A stretch of DNA of 38,404 bases. It comes from an uncultured Dehalococcoidales bacterium. Lineage in GTDB: Bacteria > Chloroflexota > Dehalococcoidia > Dehalococcoidales > GCA-2688105. Under the pieces are notes generated by a model. That model did not search any database and was not told the origin of the DNA. It saw only the letters and a list, made by a program, of their open reading frames with translations. Every line of letters starts with the position of its first letter. The stretch's first letter is position 1. Positions 24,680 through 30,458 of this stretch are shown here, one piece after another. The position numbers and the translations under genes were made by a program. Where the stretch lies: positions 1 through 38,404 of the forward strand of contig CAZLFC010000004.1 in the NCBI GenBank assembly GCA_964558705.1. The letters run 5' to 3'.

Positions 24680-26006
24680 AATTCTTGTCGTTGATGATGA
24701 AGCCATCATCCGCGAGTCACTCCGTGACTGGCTAAGCGACACCGGATACGAAGTCCTTGTCGCCGAGAACGGCCTCCAGGGTCTGGGAATTATTGAGAAG
24801 GAGAGGCCGGGTATTGCCATTGTTGATCTGGTAATGCCTGGAATGGACGGGATTGAATTACTGAAGAGAGCCAAGGAAATTTCTCCTAACACCGACATAA
24901 TCATCATCACTGCCTACGCCAGTATCCCCACAGCTATTGCCGCCATAAGGTCCGGCGCCTATGACTACATTGAGAAGCCCTTCTGCCCGGAAAAGGTAGA
25001 GCTATTAATTGAGAAACTGATGGAGCATCAACAACTCATCGAGGAGAATATTTCCCTGCACCAGAAACTGGAGGAGCGTTACCGGTTCGAAAATATCATT
25101 GCCAAGAGTCCCAGGATGCAGCAGATAATCGAGGTGATTAAAGTCGTCGCCAAGAGTAATGCCACGGTGTTGATTACCGGCGAAAGCGGCACCGGGAAGG
25201 AACTGGTCGCACGAGCCGTCCACTCCCAGAGCTACCGCAAGGATAAGACATTTGTTGCCGTTAGTTGTGCTGCCCTGCCCGAAACCCTCCTCGAAAGCGA
25301 GCTGTTCGGGCATGAGAGAGGCTCTTTTACCGGTGCTCACGTCCAACGGAAAGGAAAATTTGAAGCTGCCAACCGGGGCAGTCTCTTCCTGGATGAGGTT
25401 GGCGAGATGAGTGCCAATATTCAGGTTCACCTGCTCAGGGTACTGGAAGAAAAAGAGTTCACCAGGGTTGGCGGGAATGAGCTAATCAAGGTCGATGTCA
25501 GAGTCATCTCAGCGACCAATAAAGATATGAAACAGGCGATAGCCAACGGGCAATTCCGTGAAGACCTTTACTACCGACTTAATGTGGTTACTATCGAATT
25601 GCCTCCCTTGAGAGAGCGAAAAGAAGACATTCCTCTCTTAGCCGAGCATTTCCTGAAAAAGTTCGCCGTGGAAAATCAAAAAGAGATTACCGGCTTTTCT
25701 CCTAAGGCTAATGATTTTCTGCTGAACTATGATTGGCCGGGTAACGTCCGGGAACTGGAAAATGCTATTGAAAGGGCAGTTATCCTGGCCAAAGATAATT
25801 ATATTGAGGTTGCCGACCTGCCCCAGGAAAGCCTGACAAAGACTCACTCGTCTGTACCCGGTGAAAGCCTTGAAAAGATTGAGAAAAATCACATCCAGAA
25901 CACACTCAAAGAAACCGACGGCAACTTAAGTAAAGCCGCCAAAATCCTGGGGATTTCCCGGGTAACTCTTTACAATAAAATTAAATTATATGATTTGAGC
26001 AAATAG
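24654..26006 (+). CDS. NtrC-family sigma-54-dependent response regulator (REC, AAA+ and Fis-type HTH)
   Basis: REC (ILVVDDE..VDLVMPGMDG..KPF), Walker A GESGTGKE and a GAFTGA-type loop (GSFTGA). Also ESELFGHE, R-finger and sensor II regions, and a C-terminal HTH (AAKILGISRVTLYNKI). It overlaps the HK stop. An alternative ATG lies at 24663. Confidence 0.9.
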   Translation: MKNMKKKIKILVVDDEAIIRESLRDWLSDTGYEVLVAENGLQGLGIIEKERPGIAIVDLVMPGMDGIELLKRAKEISPNTDIIIITAYASIPTAIAAIRSGAYDYIEKPFCPEKVELLIEKLMEHQQLIEENISLHQKLEERYRFENIIAKSPRMQQIIEVIKVVAKSNATVLITGESGTGKELVARAVHSQSYRKDKTFVAVSCAALPETLLESELFGHERGSFTGAHVQRKGKFEAANRGSLFLDEVGEMSANIQVHLLRVLEEKEFTRVGGNELIKVDVRVISATNKDMKQAIANGQFREDLYYRLNVVTIELPPLRERKEDIPLLAEHFLKKFAVENQKEITGFSPKANDFLLNYDWPGNVRELENAIERAVILAKDNYIEVADLPQESLTKTHSSVPGESLEKIEKNHIQNTLKETDGNLSKAAKILGISRVTLYNKIKLYDLSK

Positions 26007-26016
26007 ATAAGATGAT

Positions 26017-26040
26017 AACTGATTAAATCTTTTACAATCA
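26017..26040 (+). promoter_or_regulatory. Candidate upstream activator site (imperfect dyad TGATT-N11-AATCA), copy 1
   Basis: aactgattaaatcttttacaatca starts 83 nt upstream of the -24 GG. It matches 28358..28381 at 21/24, and that element sits at 82 nt from its own -24 GG. Confidence 0.35.
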
Positions 26041-26063
26041 AGTCTCCATTAAAGCAGAAACTC

Positions 26064-26098
26064 AGGCTATCCTGGCAATTCAGGATAGCCTTCTCTTT
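26064..26098 (+). terminator. Hairpin plus T-tract after the ntrC-like gene, abutting the sigma-54 promoter
   Basis: aggctatcctg-gcaatt-caggatagcct is an 11-bp perfect stem followed by tctctttt. Its arms are conserved in the paralogous hairpin at 28403..28432. Confidence 0.55.
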
Positions 26099-26114
26099 TG
26101 GCAAGATAATTGCT
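26099..26114 (+). promoter_or_regulatory. Sigma-54 (-24/-12) promoter P1
   Basis: TGGCAAGATAATTGCT has GG at 26100-26101 and GC at 26112-26113 (exact GG-N10-GC, TGGCA-N6-TTGC). It lies 26 nt upstream of ATG 26139, with ggaggtg between them. Confidence 0.75.
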
Positions 26115-26138
26115 CTCAAACAGCGCGGAGGTGATAAG

Positions 26139-28334
26139 ATGAAACCTATATTGATAGTAGAAGATGAGGATATCATGAGAGAGTCCCTGCAGGACTGGCT
26201 GACTGACGTCGGCTATAAAGTGGAGACCGCCGAGGAGGGAGAGAAAGCCCTGGAAGCCATCGATGAGAAGGACTTCGGCATTGTTATCCTCGACCTGAAG
26301 TTACCGGGTAAAGACGGCCTCGAGGTGCTTAGAGAAGCTAAGGCGAAAAGACCCCAGCTTAAGGGTATCATTATTACCGCTTACCCTTCAGTCCAAACAG
26401 CTATAGACGCCATGAAGGAGGGAGCCGTAGATTACCTGCCCAAGCCCTTCGACCTCAATGAACTGGAAAAATTGGTCCGGGAGACCCTGGGGCCAATCCA
26501 GGTGGAGATAAAACCAAAGAAGGCTGCCGGAAAAGCCAAGGCTGAACCTGCCGAAATCGAGGAAGTTATCGATGAGGTAACCGGGAAGGTACACCTGCCT
26601 CCCTGTCAGATAGCCTGTCCCATCGGAGAGCCGATTCAGCGCACCAATGCGATGATTTCACACCTGCCCCTTGACACCGAGAAGGCTATCCCTCAGATAA
26701 CAAAAATAGGCGATATAATTTATGAGAAGAATCCTCTATTCACAATATGCAGCTATATCTGCGGGCTTTGTGAAAAAGAATGCAACTACAAAGACCACAC
26801 GGGAGCGATAAGAAGAAAGATGCTTAAACGGTTCCTCACCGATTACTACCTGCCCCATCTGGAAACCAAGCCCCCCTTCCCCCTCCCTACCAGGGAAAAA
26901 GTTGCCGTAATTGGCGGTGGCCCCGCGGGGTTAATGTCCGCCTATATGTTAAGTAAAGACGGCTACCGGGTGACTATCCTGGAAAAAAGTCTCGAATTAG
27001 GCGGAGCCCTGAGATACATTCCTCAATACCGCCTTCCGAAGGATATTGTCGATTCCACTTTAAACAACCTGGTAAGAATTGCCCATATTGATGTCAGATT
27101 CGGAGTAAGCATGGGCAGTGGCGAGAAAACCCTGGATGACCTCAGGAATGAAGGTTGCCAAGCCGTATTCATCGCCACCGGCACTCCAGCTCCCCGACCG
27201 CTCACCTTTGAAGGCAAACCGGTACCGGGAGCCGACCTGGAAGGAGTTGCGTTCGGGTTATATCTTCTCATCGACGTAAACCAGAGCAAGGTCTCCCATC
27301 AGCTATTACGCCGGCTTTTCGGTGATAAGAGAGTAATCGTGGTAGGCGGCGGCAATGTAGCCTTCGATGCCGCCAGAACCGCCCGGCGGCTTGGCGGAGA
27401 TGTTACTCTTGTCTGCCTCGAAAATGAGAATAAGTCCTCCAAGGATGGAATTCCTGCCGATGTTGAGGAGATAAAAGGTGCCCGTGAAGAAGGCATCAAA
27501 ATATGCTACAGCCGGGGTGTAGAAGAGATAATCGGCAAGGATGGCAAGTTCACCAAAATAAAATGTCCCCGCTGCACCTCAGTTTTCGACGAAAAAGGAT
27601 TCAATCCTAAATTTGACCGAAGTGATTTTATATACCTTGAGGGCGACGTGTTATTGACAACCATAGGACAGGGTCCGGAGCATTCGTTCTTCCAGCAGGA
27701 AGGCTTACTTAATGAGCGAGGCAGATCTGATACCGACCCGCTTACCCTTATGAGCAATCGCCAAGAAGGAGTCTTCATCGGTGGTGATGTGAGGCGACTG
27801 GGCTTTGCTGCCGAAGCGATGAGAGACGGCATAGTAGCCGCCGAGTCTATAGACCGTTACCTGAAGGGTGAGGAACTCAAGGAAGGCCGGGAAAAGCAGT
27901 TTGAAAGCGCGGCTATCCCCACGCTCATGGAGTACAAGCCTCAACCTGAAGCAGAATGGGTACTGCTGGAAGAGAGGCTTAACTTTGAACTGTTTGAAAA
28001 AGGCTTCACCCTGGAGGAAGCAATAGAAGAAGCGACAAGATGCCTGTATTGCGGCCCGTGCAAGAGCTGCAAAGCATGCGTCGTCCTCGAGCTGCAACCT
28101 GAGATACCCAAAATTGAAGTCAATCAGGATATATGCAGTGGCTGTGGCATCTGTGTAGGCTTATGCAGCTATGATGCCATCCAGCTAAGGGCAGATAACG
28201 GCAAGGCAGTAGCCACCATAGACGATATTAAATGCAAGCGATGCGGAGTATGCAGTGCCGCCTGCCCGTCTAACGCCATCGGCATTGGGCACGCCACTTC
28301 TGAGAACATCATAACTGAAATCCCCGACTGGTAA
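26139..28334 (+). CDS. Receiver domain fused to a GltD/NfnB/SfrB-like FeS-flavoprotein oxidoreductase with a C-terminal 2x[4Fe-4S] ferredoxin domain
   Basis: REC spans aa 1-120 (VEDE..LDLKLPGKDG..ITAY..KPF). An FeS N-domain follows (PPCQIACP, CSYICGLCEKEC). There are two Rossmann motifs (VAVIGGGPAGL, VIVVGGGNVAFDAA). The C-terminus has CLYCGPCKSCKAC, CSGCGICVGLC and CKRCGVCSAACP. Confidence 0.8.
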   Translation: MKPILIVEDEDIMRESLQDWLTDVGYKVETAEEGEKALEAIDEKDFGIVILDLKLPGKDGLEVLREAKAKRPQLKGIIITAYPSVQTAIDAMKEGAVDYLPKPFDLNELEKLVRETLGPIQVEIKPKKAAGKAKAEPAEIEEVIDEVTGKVHLPPCQIACPIGEPIQRTNAMISHLPLDTEKAIPQITKIGDIIYEKNPLFTICSYICGLCEKECNYKDHTGAIRRKMLKRFLTDYYLPHLETKPPFPLPTREKVAVIGGGPAGLMSAYMLSKDGYRVTILEKSLELGGALRYIPQYRLPKDIVDSTLNNLVRIAHIDVRFGVSMGSGEKTLDDLRNEGCQAVFIATGTPAPRPLTFEGKPVPGADLEGVAFGLYLLIDVNQSKVSHQLLRRLFGDKRVIVVGGGNVAFDAARTARRLGGDVTLVCLENENKSSKDGIPADVEEIKGAREEGIKICYSRGVEEIIGKDGKFTKIKCPRCTSVFDEKGFNPKFDRSDFIYLEGDVLLTTIGQGPEHSFFQQEGLLNERGRSDTDPLTLMSNRQEGVFIGGDVRRLGFAAEAMRDGIVAAESIDRYLKGEELKEGREKQFESAAIPTLMEYKPQPEAEWVLLEERLNFELFEKGFTLEEAIEEATRCLYCGPCKSCKACVVLELQPEIPKIEVNQDICSGCGICVGLCSYDAIQLRADNGKAVATIDDIKCKRCGVCSAACPSNAIGIGHATSENIITEIPDW
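26142..26580. repeat. Copy A of a 439-bp near-identical direct repeat (REC domain plus linker)
   Basis: 26142..26531 is identical to 28534..28923 (390 bp, offset 2392). There are 2 mismatches (26532 and 26557) before divergence at 26581. Confidence 0.9.
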
Positions 28335-28357
28335 AAAATGTAAAGAATATAAACAGC

Positions 28358-28381
28358 AACTGATTAAATAGTTTACAACCA
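28358..28381 (+). promoter_or_regulatory. Candidate upstream activator site, copy 2
   Basis: aactgattaaatagtttacaacca lies 82 nt upstream of the -24 GG of P2. Confidence 0.35.
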
Positions 28382-28402
28382 GGCTACTTTAAACCAAAGA
28401 CC

Positions 28403-28438
28403 AAGGCTATCCTGAATCGTCAGGATAGCCTTTTCTTA
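28403..28438 (+). terminator. Hairpin plus T-tract after the REC-GltD gene, abutting sigma-54 promoter P2
   Basis: aaggctatcctga-atcg-tcaggatagcctt is a 13-bp stem followed by ttctta. Confidence 0.55.
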
Positions 28439-28454
28439 TGGCAAGAAAATTGCC
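28439..28454 (+). promoter_or_regulatory. Sigma-54 (-24/-12) promoter P2
   Basis: TGGCAAGAAAATTGCC has GG at 28440-28441 and GC at 28452-28453. It lies 27 nt upstream of ATG 28480, the same geometry as P1. Confidence 0.75.
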
Positions 28455-28479
28455 TTTAAACAGTGTGGAGGTGATAAAA

Positions 28480-29571
28480 ATGGAAAAGCTAGCAGTCTTA
28501 AAGGAAGATAAAGTAAAAGGAGGTGAAAAAGTGAAACCTATATTGATAGTAGAAGATGAGGATATCATGAGAGAGTCCCTGCAGGACTGGCTGACTGACG
28601 TCGGCTATAAAGTGGAGACCGCCGAGGAGGGAGAGAAAGCCCTGGAAGCCATCGATGAGAAGGACTTCGGCATTGTTATCCTCGACCTGAAGTTACCGGG
28701 TAAAGACGGCCTCGAGGTGCTTAGAGAAGCTAAGGCGAAAAGACCCCAGCTTAAGGGTATCATTATTACCGCTTACCCTTCAGTCCAAACAGCTATAGAC
28801 GCCATGAAGGAGGGAGCCGTAGATTACCTGCCCAAGCCCTTCGACCTCAATGAACTGGAAAAATTGGTCCGGGAGACCCTGGGGCCAATCCAGGTGGAGA
28901 TAAAACCAAAGAAGGCTGCCGGAGAAGCCAAGGCTGAACCTGCCGAAACCGAGGAAGTTATCGATGAGGTAAAGGTTGAAGAGATTATAGCTATAGCTCC
29001 CGAGGAAGTCCCGGACCATCTGGCGCAGGGCAAGACCCAATGTGACGCCGGCCAATATCTGAAAGCTCTAAAGGAGTTTGAGGCTGTCCTCAACGCTGCC
29101 CCGGGTAGCATCGAAGCCCGAGTCTGGATACGAAAGGCAAAAGAAGCCCTAGCCAAGCCAGAGGCTGAAGCCGTAGCTGAAGGAGAGGAAGCCGCCGCAG
29201 AAGGCAAAATCAAGGAGTGCGTTTGGATGAAGATGGGTATGGTAGCCTACCGCATCTGCACCAACGACTATGACTGCACCACCTGCGATTTCGACCAGAT
29301 GATGCAGGAGAAGATGGCCAGTGGTGATGCCCCGGAACTTGAAGCTGCGCTGGAGAAATTCAAGGCGCTACCCGGTAACCAGAGGCTTTGCCGCTATGCC
29401 CTTAAGGGTGATGTATCACACCGAATTTGCAGCCGCCTGTTCCAGTGCAACGCCTGCGAATTTGGTCAAATGATGGAGGATGCTCTCCAAAGAAAGCTGG
29501 ATAAGCTGGAAGCACGCCGAGCTGCTCTGCTCAAAAAAGAGCAAAAACAAAAAGCTGAAACCGAAGCATAA
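28480..29571 (+). CDS. Response regulator: REC, TPR-like linker, twin C-x12-C-x5-C-x2-C modules and a coiled-coil tail
   Basis: The start is set at ATG 28480 (ggaggtg RBS, matching P1 geometry). An alternative GTG lies at 28531 (aaggaggtg RBS). The track ATG 28438 lies inside the -24 element. The REC is identical to that of the 26139 ORF. The C-terminus has CVWMKMGMVAYRICTNDYDCTTCDFDQMMQE and CRYALKGDVSHRICSRLFQCNACEFGQMMED. Confidence 0.75.
   Translation: MEKLAVLKEDKVKGGEKVKPILIVEDEDIMRESLQDWLTDVGYKVETAEEGEKALEAIDEKDFGIVILDLKLPGKDGLEVLREAKAKRPQLKGIIITAYPSVQTAIDAMKEGAVDYLPKPFDLNELEKLVRETLGPIQVEIKPKKAAGEAKAEPAETEEVIDEVKVEEIIAIAPEEVPDHLAQGKTQCDAGQYLKALKEFEAVLNAAPGSIEARVWIRKAKEALAKPEAEAVAEGEEAAAEGKIKECVWMKMGMVAYRICTNDYDCTTCDFDQMMQEKMASGDAPELEAALEKFKALPGNQRLCRYALKGDVSHRICSRLFQCNACEFGQMMEDALQRKLDKLEARRAALLKKEQKQKAETEA
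28534..28972. repeat. Copy B of the 439-bp REC repeat
   Basis: See copy A. Confidence 0.9.
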
Positions 29572-29601
29572 TTAAAGTACCTTGAGACTGCTGAAATATA
29601 G

Positions 29602-29644
29602 TTAGAGGGTACGCCTGACAACCGTAAAAAAGCGTACCCTCTAA
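29602..29644 (+). terminator. 13-bp perfect hairpin after the REC-Cys gene (no clear T-tract)
   Basis: ttagagggtacgc-N17-gcgtaccctctaa. Confidence 0.4.
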
Positions 29645-29704
29645 TTAGAAAGGCTGAAAAAGGTAACCAAGGTAGATTTTCCAGAGATGCACTAGGAGGA
29701 AAAA

Positions 29705-30202
29705 ATGGACACCCAAAAAAGGAGGATTCTGCTGGTAGAAGATGAAACCGTGATGCGCGAAGGCATGCGTGACTGGCTCATGGAGAATGGTTACGATGTC
29801 GAGAGCGCTGAGACCGGAGAAGAAGCCTTACAGAGAATCAGGAAGGAAGACTTTGGCATTATCGTCCTTGATTTAAAGTTACTGGGCATTGATGGACTGC
29901 AAGTATTCGAAAAAGCCAGAGAGCTTAAATCTGAAGCCAAAGGGATAATCATTACCGCCCATCCTTCGCCAGAAACGCAGGAAAAGGCACAAAAGCTGGG
30001 AGTCCTCGACTACCTGGTAAAACCTTTCAAGATTGAAAATCTGGAAAAGATAATCAGAGAGGTGCTGGGAGAACCAGAGAGAAAACTAACGGGCAAAGAA
30101 TATCTCTGGCTGGAACTTAATAACTCTTCTTATCGACTCTGCACCAAAAACTATAAATATGACTCATATGCTTTCACGCAGGGGACCTATAAGATAGATT
30201 AA
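29705..30202 (+). CDS. Stand-alone receiver protein with a short Cys-depleted remnant of the C-x12-C-x5-C-x2-C module
   Basis: aggagg RBS. The REC is paralogous to the two upstream RECs (MREGMRDWLMENGY, LDLKL, ITAH, KPF). The tail KEYLWLELNNSSYRLCTKNYKYDSYAFTQ aligns to KECVWMKMGMVAYRICTNDYDCTTCDFDQ, with 3 of 4 Cys replaced by Tyr. Confidence 0.75.
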   Translation: MDTQKRRILLVEDETVMREGMRDWLMENGYDVESAETGEEALQRIRKEDFGIIVLDLKLLGIDGLQVFEKARELKSEAKGIIITAHPSPETQEKAQKLGVLDYLVKPFKIENLEKIIREVLGEPERKLTGKEYLWLELNNSSYRLCTKNYKYDSYAFTQGTYKID

Positions 30203-30458
30203 GAACGCTAAAATATAGCTGAAACGTGCCCAACCTATAGTTAACACGTCCTCATCCACATAGAGCTCCACATTTATCCCCCTGTCTTAAAATCTTTCAG
30301 ACTTCCCCACAGACAACACTCAACTATTCCCAACAACACGTGGTAGAATGTCATCAGCCAGATGTAACCAGCAAGTTGTTTTTGAACGGACTTTTATGCT
30401 AAAAATCTAGATAGCCCGGGCATTAAAAGCCTTTACCCCTGGAGTCAGGAGAGATGAT

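Noticed and set aside
24413-24910. 165-aa minus-strand ORF spanning the HK2/NtrC junction
   Set aside because: It is antisense to two well-supported genes. The twin antisense ORFs at 22826 and 24112 exist only because of the repeat.
28438-28479. The ORF-track start (ATG 28438, MARKLPLNSVEVIK) for the second REC gene
   Set aside because: The ATG overlaps the TGGCA -24 element of promoter P2, so a sigma-54 transcript would start downstream of it. The paralogous cassette places the real RBS and ATG at 28480.
22674-28972. The repeated segments as insertion sequences or mobile elements
   Set aside because: The repeats are in-frame protein domains (HK transmitter, REC). They have no terminal inverted repeats, target-site duplications or transposase genes.
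29590-30225. gctgaaatatag / gctaaaatatag similarity downstream of the second and third REC genes, as evidence of a shared 3' flank
   Set aside because: It is only an 11/12 match at non-equivalent distances from the stop codons, and the flanking bases do not align convincingly. That is too short to support homology.
30203-30458. LexA (GAAC-N4-GTTC type) SOS box upstream of recN
   Set aside because: Only isolated GAAC half-sites are present (agaacgct, ttgaacgg), with no partner GTTC at the correct spacing.
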